Positions 48,364 through 60,211 of a stretch of DNA of 64,000 bases are shown here, one piece after another. The stretch spans positions 62,001 to 126,000 of the forward strand of contig NW_021832528.1 in NCBI RefSeq assembly GCF_006345805.1, read 5' to 3'. Below the pieces are notes generated by a model. It had not been told where the DNA came from. It did not search any database and saw only the letters and a list, made by a program, of their open reading frames with translations. This DNA comes from Octopus sinensis. Its lineage: Eukaryota. A program made the position numbers and the translations under genes. The number at the start of each line of letters is the position of its first letter. Within the stretch, counting starts at the first letter, position 1.

Positions 48364-48480
48364 GGCATAAGGAAATAAAAAAATATTAACATTCTTTATT
48401 CTAATAATAATATTCATTCCGGTACTTAATTAAGCTCATTTCCATATTGAATTTTTTTCTCTATTCAAACATTTTAATTG

Positions 48481-49143
48481 TTAATAAGTACTGCAACTGA
48501 TAACTGATTTTTGATCAGTAATTTCAATGGCATTCTCAACGAGCAAATCATTAGTCACACTCGTTCTAACACATTCATATTCTGTCCCGTCCACTGAAAG
48601 GGTAGACAGTCTGTAGCACTGTTGTTTGCCAATTGGTTTTGCCAGAATATACCATTCGCACAGTTGTACTGACAAAACTGTTTACATTGTCAAACCTCGT
48701 TGTAGCACACCAACCAATCCACACGAGCACTCCCAACGCGACTCCAATTGGCACAGGAGAATGTTTCCTCAATTCGGAATGCACCACGGGGCAGGAAAAT
48801 AGTGGGGAACATTACTCTCACTCTTGACACTACTTAACACTGACATGCAACTCATTCTACATGTGGCGCTTATATCAAGAAGGTGTTAATCAGATTTTCC
48901 ATTCGACAGCCCACTTGTCCTCAGTGAATCTTAACTATCAATGTATGTCAACTAAAAATATATAAATTGGAAAATCATCGTGTGTTCGGAAGACGTTTCT
49001 ATCTGTAATGATATTTGGTCTCATTTTATCACGAAAACATGAATTCAGATTTTATTTCTGACTCGCTGTTTATCGTCCCTTACTTGACCACATATTTCTA
49101 CACGTGCATATTCATCACTGGACAGACTCCTGAGGACTGACAT
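48481..49143 (-). other. probable spliced gene or pseudogene, unidentified
   Basis: GC-richer open segments with GTAAG/GTAAAC donors. No consistent frame or homology found. Confidence 0.3.
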
Positions 49144-49220
49144 AAAAATGGGCTAAAATATCTTATTTTATTAAATCTTGAAAAAATACAAAATTCTAAT
49201 ATATATAATCAGTCCTTGAG

Positions 49221-49950
49221 ATGTATTCAATAAGCAAAGAGCAGGCCGAATACTACTCATACTACTTTGACATGCTGCGGGCAGATCACGTGTCTATTCC
49301 AGGTTATGAGTATGTCATTGACCACTAGGGAGAGCGTTGATTAGTTTTTTTGAAAAATCCAAATTGTCCAAAAATTTGTTGGCCTTCATTTGGGAGACTG
49401 CCGACAAAGACCAAGACGGGCGACTAAATAAAGCGGAATTTGTGGTTGCCACACACATGGTAGTGCTCTTCATTCATGGATATTCTGTCGACCCATCGAA
49501 TGCACTAATTATTCATAAATATGCCAATGAACTATTTTCGAATTCAATTGACTTATCCAACCATTCTTCTGTGAACAAAGAACAGGACAATTCTAACAGT
49601 TTATACTACACTTTCCTAAGCATACTTTATTTATAGAAATGAAACCTCTGGGTCAGTCTTCGGAGGACAGCGTTTCCAATCGACCCTCCGGGATATTTTC
49701 ACATATGTCCAGTTTGGGAGAAAAAGGATGGAAGGAATACATGGAGGACTATTTTCGATCCCCAGAGGGTGTTGCTACAGACGAAAAACTCAAAAAACTT
49801 TCCAAAATTTTAGGCCAAGTGGAGTTTGAAAGAATTTATTTGAGCAATAAACTAAAGAAATATAAACTGTTTGAGTAATTACCATTTCTTGTGTTCTAAT
49901 ACAGGAAGATAATGAGACGTGGAAATACTCGACATTAGTCAGATTAGTGT
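49221..49950 (+). CDS. EH-domain protein (EPS15/intersectin-like single EH)
   Basis: MYSISKEQAEYYSYYF..PGRALISFFEKSKLSKNLLAFIWETADKDQDGRLNKAEFVVATHMV. The 3' end is uncertain. Confidence 0.75.
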
Positions 49951-50375
49951 AATAAGTCAGAGTTTTAAGAACAGATCAAAAAACTTAGTAAATTAACTTG
50001 GAATCAACTGCGTTGAGCAAAAATACATTTCATGACCATTTTTTCTAGAAAATCAGAGAAATTGAATTTATCTAATGAATCCTGGTTTATATTCCTTTAA
50101 TGCACTAAATTAGAATTTCATGGTGGCTTAACATTTATGAAAATTATTTTATCATAACGAATTTTAGTAAATGATTGTTTACAGTTCGACTTGTTTTAAC
50201 AATTGCCGTTTTGTCCAGTATCATTAATTTTTTATTTACGGAAGATTCTCGCGAGGTCGACAGAAGAAAAATATAATACTCAAGTAAAGTTTAAAAACTA
50301 ATTGAATTTCCTAAATTCCGTCAAATTAGTGATATTTAAATTCTACAATTAACATCCATACTGATGCTGGAAACA

Positions 50376-50594
50376 TTAGAATATACTGGCGTTTTTTCTC
50401 ACGATAGCAACGGAGATCAACTGGAGAAGCCACCGGGTCTCACGTATGTCGTGGCTTTTTAATGTGACTAAGCGTCCAAGCTTCTTTAGGAAGCGAAGTG
50501 ATTTCCCACTTATTCCTCCAGTTGTCTCGACCACAATCGGACAGAACACGAATCGATCTCGCAGCGCTTCGTATTTTCTCTCCTTTGCCCTCAT
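50376..50594 (-). mobile_element. CRE/R2-like C-terminal fragment
   Basis: KYEALRDRFVFCPIVVETTGGI..LLQLISVAIVRKNA. Confidence 0.8.
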
Positions 50595-50940
50595 CGTTTT
50601 TTTTGTTTTAGCTTTTTTAATTTTTGAGCTTTTTGTGTTTTAATTTTTGATTTCTACTTTTTTTTGTTTTTTTCATTTTTTCAGTTTTGTTTTTAATTTA
50701 ATTTTTTTTGTTTTTCTTTTACATTTTTTAGGTATTCTATATTTTTTCAACAGAAGAAAAGCACAAATATTTTGGGTACACAAACAGATAAATAAGATAC
50801 ACACCAGAAGTAACAGACACACCAAGTTCAAACGCCACATTAGATAACAAACATATACACAGCACACCAGATAACTAACAGACATACTACATAACTAATA
50901 GACACATCAGATGAATAACACATTAAATAGATAAAAAATT
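50595..50940. repeat. T-rich low-complexity tract followed by a degenerate ACAC/AGAT minisatellite
   Basis: Runs of T separated by 1-2 other bases over about 150 nt, then recurring agataa/acacacc words. Confidence 0.7.
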
Positions 50941-51169
50941 AAGTTGGCAAAGAAAGCGGAAGGCAAAGAAGCCGCAGAGAACGAATAAAAAAGTCAAAAT
51001 TTAAGATTTTTAATTAAATAACTTAACCTCAGCTTTTTTCAGCCTCGTTTTCTTTTCTTTAGCTTCGTTTTACCCTTTCCGCTATCTATTAAAAAATTAT
51101 TTTTTATCAGTAAAAAGGATTAGAAAAAAGAGGGATACCAAAAATAAACGCCATCTTTACAAAAAACTT

Positions 51170-52800
51170 AAATAAATAGTTAATAATAGAATTAAACAGT
51201 TTCTCGAAACACTTTCAAGAAGAAAAAGGAATAAGCTAGTTATTAAGTACCGGCTCGGAGGATTGAAAGACAATTCCAGGATAAAACAGCCAGCGAGATC
51301 CTCTGAATAATGATTATAAATTTCATGGGATCTCTGGAGCGATGGGTGCACAGACGGCCAAGTTTCTTTGGATGAGCAACGGTCTTTGCCCCGAAAACAC
51401 AGGAAGTCTCAACGGCAATTCACAAAAGCGAAAGCGATCGCACAAATTATCGTATTTAGTCAGTTTCATGGATTCGGCCTTCACAGCCGACAAGCAGTGG
51501 AATTCAATGCTCCTTTGGCGAAAGAGTCGGCACAGGTGACGTCCCAAACGAGCTGCTTCTCGGATTCAAGAGCAAAAAAGCGTACAGCCGTCGGAACGTT
51601 TTGCATCTTCATGGTCGAGGCCCGTCGGTTCCAGAACTGAAGGGAAACCAGCTCTTTCCAGGGCTTTGTGAATTAAATTGTTAATTTCAGTGTACCGAAA
51701 AAATTGGCCGGCACTCATTCGACAGGACAGAGGATGTAATTCAAGTGGGTCAACTTTAGCCCCAAACGACAGGGGTGAGGTCTGCAGACGTGGAGTTCAA
51801 GGCGATTGCAGATACCCAAACGGAGTGAATCTCTATCGAAGACAGTATCCAAAAGCAGAGAAGGGAGTACATTCAGCCAGGAGTCTGAGTATGACTGACA
51901 GACGGAACGAAAACAGGCCAGTCTGTGTTGGTCGAGGAGTGGTTCCAAGTCAGCTGAAGATCGACGGCAAAGAATTTTGTCCCAATCCCGCTGAGAAATG
52001 ACATCGGAAGGGATTTCAGAATAATTTTGTTTCCAAAGTGCAAGGGCCGAATCAACATCAGAGTCCAAAGATAATTCAGTAGTTTTTTCTAGAATCTTTT
52101 AGACAAGGAGATATGATCCAGACGCCAAAGAAAAAAAGGCTTGAAGAGCCAAATCAAGACTGGAACGGAGGTCCAGACCTCCGTGACTCACAGGAAGTTT
52201 AGCCTGACACCAGGCAATATCGTCGAAATGCACATTGAGAATTTTCTCCGCAAACCTCCGAACCAAGGAATGATAAAATTCCAGCACTTGCGTGACATAA
52301 AAACAAGGAGAGTTTCTCAGCATATAAATGATTTTTGTTTTAAAAGATAGTTTTTGAAGATGTAGAATGAAGGATAAGGATCAATGACAGAAAGTTTTTC
52401 AGAAAGAGATGCAATGAGATTTTTTTGGAGAGGAGGATTCGTGTAGCTGAGTCGGCGAGAATCGGTGACCCCAGAATTTCCAGATCAGACAAAGGTGTTG
52501 TCTCAACTGGGGAAGGAGTCCGAAAAAAAGAGAAAAGTTCTTAAACAGTGAAATTGACAAACTCAGACGTGTTGGAATTAATGACCAGACCAATGTTCGA
52601 TAACGCCGGAATTAGAGTGACTAAGTCTTTCAACAAAACATCGGGCGGACCGCCCAGGGTACAACAATCAAGATACCAAAGATTTAAACAAAATTTATCA
52701 GGAATGGAATTCGTACTGTCAGTATTTCTTTTTGTGAGGTCTTCATGTGAAACTGATAATTGATCATTTTCAATTATTTCCAAAGTATCTCTTAAATCAA
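51170..52800 (-). mobile_element. CRE/R2-like retrotransposon, decayed RT-to-RLE portion
   Basis: WYLDCCTLGGPP (YLDD-derived), QAKLPVSHGGL, SQRDWD, DSWLNVLPS..LRLGICNRL, CRPHPCRLG, CELPLR. Confidence 0.85.
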
Positions 52801-52809
52801 CAAATTTTT

Positions 52810-54393
52810 GTTTCAATAGAGCTGTAATGTAGATCTATTAGCTGCATTTCCAGATCTTCAAAATTTATTCATTCTAGAATCTTTAAATTAAGTTTATCGA
52901 ATGTAATTAAATCTGGATATATTCTAAAGTTGGATGTTTGGGAAAATAGTTTTAATTCAACAAATCTTGAAGAAAATTCATGAATTACTGACTGAATTAA
53001 CGACGAAAATTCTAGAATTTGTTTAGGTAGATCTTTTTTCATAGACACTAAATCTAATTTTAAGAATTTTTTAGTATTTTTAACATTTAAAATTGTTGGA
53101 AAGTAAGTCAATGTTAAAAACAACCAATTTGGCCTCAAATGCCTGAATTAAGTCAATCGTGTAATATAATAATTTATTACCACCTTTCAAATTCAATTCA
53201 TTTAAATGGCACATAAAATCTGCCAAAAATGTTAGTTTAAGGATCCATCCAGGGTCCATTAATTGTGGATACTTATCAATTACTTTTTCACTCTGTAAAA
53301 ATATTTGAACTTCATCAAACCACTGGACAAATCGTTCAAGAACTTTTCCACGGCTCAACCATCTTACGTTGTTATACATAATTAATCCTTTTAACAGATT
53401 ATAAAAAACCCATATGTAGTGAATTTACTTCATTTAATATTGTCTGAAATTTTCTTTTATTTAAGGACCGAGCAGAAATGAAGTTAATTATTTTTGTGAC
53501 AATGATTGTAATGTGCTCGAATGGCTCGAATCCAGATTTTGCACATAAAACCTGAAGGTTGTAAGAAAAACGAATAACCTGTTGATGAATGATGCAATGA
53601 AGACCAAGAACTGGATGCCCGACGTGCTGTGTAAGTAAGCTGACAAAACCGATATTCTTTCCAATCATACTGGGTGCACCATTTGTGGTTATTGATACTA
53701 TTTTTGAAATATCTATCTTATTCTTTGTGATCGAATTTACAACTGTGTTAAAAATATCAACTCCTTTATTAGTTGTTGCTAATGCTGGCAAAAACAATAA
53801 TTCTTCCATAATAGTATTTACGGCGCAATATCTGACAAAAATTGCTAGGGGTGACAATCCAGATATGTCCGTACTTTCGTCAACACAAAGGGAAATGAAA
53901 TCATAAGACTTGATATCTTTACTTTGTTGAAGAAAGATATTTTAATTCATCACCAAAATTCTTTTCTTTATTTCGTGAAAATGGAATATTTTTTCTACAA
54001 TTTTTGGATTTTCTTTGAATAAGAATAGTGCACATTTTATCCACGCTTCTTTTATATATTCACCATCAGAAAAAAGCTTTCTATGCTTCGCAATAACATG
54101 AGAAATAACGTAACTAACACCGATTGAATCAGATTGACTGTTAAAGAGTGTTTTGAATTATTCTGATTGTTGAGAGTTCTTTTTAACTAAGATGTAATTG
54201 TTTCTCTTTGATATTTTAATCTCTAAAATTCAAGAACAAAAGTCCCATTAGGCAGTTTAATCACTTTATAATTTTTTATTAATAAGATTTGATTTAATTC
54301 TTGATTAAGATAAAATCGATACTATGGAGTCCCTGAAATTTTTTAACGGAGTCCCTTTGGGGGTCCCCATTTAAAAAAGGTTGAGAAACGCTA
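52810..54393 (-). mobile_element. SPIN/GTF2IRD2-like hAT transposon relic
   Basis: LAIFVRY, SITTNGAPSMIG, LHCIIHQQ, VRWLSRGKVLERF, FLADFMCHLNELNL. Terminus TAGCGTTTCTCAACC at ~54393. Confidence 0.85.
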
Positions 54394-55199
54394 TTCTAGA
54401 GCCTCTAAGGTCTTTTGAGAAGATTCAACATTTTAAAATGTGGCATCAAAAGTTTCAAAAGTGCCACCCATGGCAAGGCTATAGAAGAACAGATCGCGCG
54501 TCTGCAGAGTCTTGAGCCATTTTGTTTCTTGTTTGTGAACTTTCTAGACGTGCCTGATTGGAGGTCTATTCTGGGTTAAACAATTTGCGTGAGCTATTTG
54601 TTTGTATGTGTAGATTCATCGATCAGAGGAGAAAGAATATAAACTGTCAGTGATTTTTTATATTTTGTAGGACGGGGGATTTTTTAACTCTCTATTTGTT
54701 GTAATTTTCCTTTGCAAACTGATAGGGACACTTATGATTTAATGCTTTTACAAACCATTACACGCAACTTTTACCTGTGAAATTGGACAAGTGATATGAA
54801 TTAAAATTTACAACCGCGTTCTTTTTGCTACCAAATATTAAATACAGAAAAATACATAGCCTGAAATGACACAACTATGCAATACTGGAATCGCCACGAT
54901 TGGAAATAGTACATCTGTAAGATTTATACCAATTTTAACAAAGCAATTTTCAAATTTGACACTTTTTGTATCAATTTTGGTAATCATGTAAAGCGAAGAA
55001 AGAGACATTTTCTATTTACAATTGGACTTAAACCATTTTTAATTAATTTTGACATCTTTTTAAAATTGTGCTACCAAAACAATCGTTCTTGAATAGTCCA
55101 AAACAATTCAGTAAATGTATACAGACCTGACACCCTACCCCTTTATCATCTCTGCCAAGAAAATCCTCTTGTCAAATTGTTCACCGGACGGGGACTCGT

Positions 55200-55305
55200 G
55201 GACGATGTCTGCTTTGGACTCAAACTCGTGGAGGCATTTGACAACTCAGGATCAGCCAATGGCCGGACACGGGTGATTACGGCTTTAACTAACTAACTAA
55301 CTAAC
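55200..55305 (+). repeat. GC-richer segment ending in (TAAC)5; possible LINE/SINE 3' end
   Basis: Perfect TAAC x5 at 55286-55305. Confidence 0.45.
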
Positions 55306-55861
55306 TATACAGAGCGTAACTGATTCTTAATATAAGATTTAAACAATTCTAATTTTTTGAGAAAATGTCATTGCTATGGAACATTTTCTCATAAAAATAT
55401 TTTTTTATTATTAAATTTAAACATTCAACAAATACGGGAAAGCTGAATTATTGAGTAAGGCATTATTAACAAACATTGGTCTGAACTTTGTAAATCCTCG
55501 GCAGTGATGACGGTGATGACACAATTTTTTAAATCAATGAGTCGGAAAATTCCTCCTCTATTTAAACAAAATTTGCTTTATGTTACAAAGTCACCAAAAA
55601 AATAAATGGGAACTTTTTTCTCTTTATTACTAAGTGACTTCAGACCTCTACCGAATTTATTTCTTGAAATAAAAGTCATTGTTAGCCGGTTAGAAGTGAA
55701 TATGATTGACTCGTGATGTCTATATCTACACATTTCCTATAATATCCAGACTAATGAGCTACAAGACTCAAAAAAACATTTTCCGAAAATCCAACGGAAA
55801 GAAATTGTTAGTAAATATATCAATTAATGCCAGAAATATTAAAAAACAAAAAAATGCCAAT

Positions 55862-56895
55862 TTAAACACAAAAATTAGTACAAATCCAGGCATCGACAGT
55901 TTCCCTCAACTCAGCACTCGCATGCTGTGCTTGCTAAACTAAAAATAAGGAGAATACATCAATGATATCAAACACACTGTCGACTGACAACCCTCCGTCC
56001 TTCAACTTCTTCATTGCGACCACATTTCCCTCCAAATCAAAGGCCAGGACGACACTCAAACATATTTTCCCCTCAAAACTACCTCCCGACTGAACACAAC
56101 TCTTCCTCCACACACCCATCCAACACATGACTCTCCCCAATCTACAAAACACACAGAATACTCCACTTTGCACGTGGTCACCACTGTGGGACACTCCTTC
56201 ACGTCCAGACGGGATCCCTTCCCCACCGGCTCCACCTCACCCTCCGCGGAAACTGAGACCAACGGGAGGATTGTGTCCGCCAAGGCTACTTTTATAGCCA
56301 GGGATGTGACGTCATATATATTCCCGCCAGATTCCAATAACTGAAGTGAGGTTAACCACCGTGAATATAACCAAAATGTCAATGTGGAGTAACCAGCATA
56401 TTTTTGACGGAATTATGCAGAGGGAAGGATTATGGTGGTAATTCGAAAACGCGGAGTTAATGAAGCCCACGACTTCCGCTGACATTTGGCTGGGAAAATC
56501 ATTATCGTTTTCGGAAAAGACATTTTTTGAACTAAATAAAATTTATATTATAAATTAATTATATTTAATTCAATTAATATTTTTTAAATTAAATAAATTA
56601 CCATTCAAAATTAAATTCAATTCTCCCCGATGTGGGTGTCGATTGGTTTGGAGTTGAAAGCTCGCATTTTACCCCAACAATGACCTCAGTATTACCCTGA
56701 GTGATTACTACGATTGAAATACTTGTCTAACACGAGCTGATCCATTAGCATTGACAAGTATTCCACTCTCAATGCCTATTTCCCTTAAAGAACGGCAGTC
56801 TCTACCATCAATTCGCACATTGTTCTAAAAATTGGTATATTTTGATATACCTTTATTCCTTCTAATATAAACTGCTTTTCTAAATAACTTAGCAT
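55862..56895 (-). CDS. EXOSC7: exosome complex component RRP42
   Basis: MLSYLEKQFILEGIK..VRIDGRDC..NANGSARV..TEVIVGVKCEL..LLESGGNIYDVTSLAIKVALADT..VVTTCK..MKKLKDGGL. Confidence 0.92.
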
Positions 56896-56981
56896 GTCCC
56901 ACAACAGCTATTATTATTAATAATTTATTTAATAATAATATTAAAAAATAATAATAAAATAATTAATTATTTAAAAACAAA

Positions 56982-57900
56982 TCAATCAGACCAAACCCCC
57001 TCAGACTCATTATCAGAACAGTTAATAGACACCCTCCTCTTCTCCAAAGCAGTGTTGAGAGCAGATATCATTCCACAGGCAGGCTGTACCCCCCTCTTAT
57101 CCCCCACAGGATTTAGTTTAACCCCCCCAGCCCGAATAGCCTCCATTAACACACTCCTCTTGCCCTCCTCAGCCGGAGACTTGCCTTGGCCGTTTTTGTC
57201 GACTTTGGGAGGGTTTTGATTGGTTTTTGATACTTTTATGCTCAATTCGGCCATCAATCCTTCAAAGGAGACCTTTCGGGGAGATATAGCCGAGATATTC
57301 TCCTCTTTTTTGGCATTTTGGACTACCTGAGAGGACTCCTCGGGGATTTTATGGTCAGAAAAATCCGCGTTTTTTTGTTCCACGGTCATTTCACGGTTTT
57401 TATTGCTCATAAATGTCCTCATAATCTAAAATATATTAATACTAGTTAATATATACATAATTTATATCATAAGAATCTTCTAGATTACGAATTATTGATT
57501 TTCTGAGTGATATTTTGACAGAGGAGTCCAGAATTTGAAATTTCTGGGGCTTTTCGCACGTGTTGAGTGCTTCTTTTAAGGGTTCTGGAATTTTCTCGAA
57601 CGGATTTGGCGGGCTTTTAAAATTGATGTTCATTTTAGTCCATTTAGGGGTGAAATTGTGGATTTTTTGACTTAAATTTTGTTGTTTATTGCCAAGTGAG
57701 TTTGTGATGTTTGATATTTCAGTAATTTCGAGTGATATTTTAGTGAATATGTCACGAGAGCGTGAGGATAGGTCACTGATTTGTCTCATTATGTTGACAA
57801 ATGCACATCCCGTCATAAAATTGAATGAATTTTGGGCAGATTCGGGGACCTCAGGGTCATATAGCTGCTCATTCTTGACTGTATTTATGTTTAAAGGCAT
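56982..57900 (-). CDS. WASF: WAVE/SCAR-family actin nucleation-promoting factor
   Basis: N-terminal SHD MPL..MTGCAFVNIMRQISDLS..DIF. C-terminal WH2 RSVLMEAIRAGGVKL, central LEKRR, acidic SDNESEGVWSD. Confidence 0.85.
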
Positions 57901-57904
57901 GCCA

Positions 57905-58140
57905 CACGTGAAATAATCAAAATATAAATAAATTTAAATATTTTTAAAAACTAAATTATTATTAAATTAAATATAAATGTATATTTAATATATAAAAATT
58001 TGAATAATTTTATTCTTTTTATATTAAAATCATTTTATATTATAATAAATTTTTAATTTAAATTAATTATTATTATATTAATTCCCATAATAATTATAAT
58101 AACATAAATAATAAAATATTAAATATATTCAAATATATTT
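57905..58140. promoter_or_regulatory. near-pure AT bidirectional promoter between WAVE and MED17
   Basis: About 230 nt almost devoid of G/C between divergent ATGs, bracketed by CCACA (57902) and TGTGG (58143). Confidence 0.6.
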
Positions 58141-58151
58141 GCTGTGGTTAA

Positions 58152-60027
58152 ATGGATACCCCACCTATCAATCCTCATGTTAGTCTAGAAGTCTCGCTAG
58201 AATGTGACGTACGAGAAATACTGCCAGATGGAGAGGAAATATATATTAAGTTAATTCAAAATATTATTCCCAGACCATCCACATTCGCCGAAAAAGTAGG
58301 GACACAAAACATTCAAATAATCAACCAAAAAATAAAGGAAAACAACAAAACTATTCCAAACACAACTCATCTGTCCACAATAAACCAAAATTTAAAGTAA
58401 AACACAAATAAACTAATTTCAGACTCGCCTACCAAGAAGTTGTCGTCCTCGGCGATTTGCTCAAAATATCCTCCATAAAAAACGATAAATATATCACACT
58501 TCAAAAAAGTCATAATTTTCCCGCCAATACTTCAAATGGCGGCATATCCTTTGATCTTCAAAGCAGAAAATTTGTATGAAAATGACCGTCATTTTTAGGC
58601 TTTAAGTCGGGCATATAAAGCCCTAATTGACGGTGCAGAAAAACTCGAGCGTGAAAGATTCGGCAAAGATCAAAGCAAGCGGAGTTGCCTTGATGTTAGC
58701 CGCGAGATTCTGAGGCTGAGGACCCTCTGGCATTTGAAAAGGACCCCCAGTGGGATTACAGGAGAATTAGACATAAATCCACAAGGTTATTTATTATATT
58801 AAATATAAAAAATATATTTAAATTAATTATTTTAAATAAATTGTCTAGTGTCAAATGATTCTTGTGGTGCCACTACATTTAGTTTAATCTGCGACGAAAA
58901 CGGTGTGTTTACAGTGTCCCTACCAGACGAACTAAAGTGGCCATTATCCCTTAAACTCTCCTCCACAAAAACATGTTTCAACATTGATCTTGTGGGTGAT
59001 TATACAACAAGAACAAACCCTGCTTCAATAATCCTCCAAAGAGCTCAGAATACTATAATTGTTCAAAAACTATTCCAAACTGTATTTTTGACTATTCAAA
59101 TATACTAGTTGTGTCTGGAACATGTTGTTTGTGATACTGCAAGAGTGTTGGGAGATCGGATTGTACTCGACATGGCTAATCTAGTATATTCATTACCAGT
59201 AGTTGATTCTCTGTAGTCTGTGTTGGACAGTCCTCTATTTACTGCTACATTTGAGTACATACTTTATTACATATATGTGACCCACATGACAAGTATTGTT
59301 TATTATTTTATTATTAATTAATTAAATAATATTTTAATTAGAATTTAAATCAAAAATTAATCTTTTGAATAAAGTGATTATTCTTTTAAAGAACTGCAAT
59401 TTGAGACATTGGTTTGACTGATTTGTTATTTCAGCCTAATTGAGTGTCTAAAGTCCACAAAATTGACTGATGGAGTCACAACCAAGGCTGTGGAGGACTC
59501 CTGTCAGTCCTTTGACTGCATTCGAATGCAGATTGTAATGAAATTGGCCAATGTCCCATTCCAGTGAGAATTTGTGGGGATTTTGTGGTAGAAACAAGTT
59601 TTTTGTCGAGATTTGTGAAGGGAAAATACGAGTAGTCACCAGCAGGCATAAAATGGTGGATAATTTGACTCAAATTGGCCATATTTTGCACAGAGAAGTA
59701 ATTTTTTGTTGATTTTTGTAGGCAATGTTATTCAAGTGTGATATTGTTGCATTATTTGCCGCCAAATTTGGATTTATTGAATGCAGTCCACGTGTGTTAG
59801 AAAATTGGTCAGGTGAGACAATTTCAAAGGACGAGGCTGTATGTGTATTCCATAGGAAATTAGTGTAGTGTGTGATTAAGGAGTGTAGGTGTGTGGTGGT
59901 GGTTGTGTCCCCCAACGAGGATGTCCGTGTGTTGAGGACAAGGTGGCCTTTGGTTGAGAAAAATGTGCCCGAATTGTCAGCACGTGACTTTGTGTCCACA
60001 TTGGAAGCTGTTTTTTATTTGGAATGA
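58152..60027 (+). CDS. MED17: Mediator complex subunit 17
   Basis: AYKALIDGAEKL..SREILRLRTLWHLKR..ITGEL parallels MED17 GAERL..NSELLRLRQHWKLR..ILGDL. C-terminal GKIRVV and RDFVSTLE. Many micro-introns. Confidence 0.7.
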
Positions 60028-60211
60028 TATATATTGATCTTAGAGTTGTTAAATTGGATTAATTAATAGTATAAGTATATATGTAGACAATGCGGACTAA
60101 TTAGGAAGCCAAATGGAGATGTTAGACCAAGCAGTAAATTCAAATAAATAACAAAAATAGAAATTTAAATCAAAATGGGGAATAAAAAACCGTCGATTAA
60201 ACTCATTAAAA

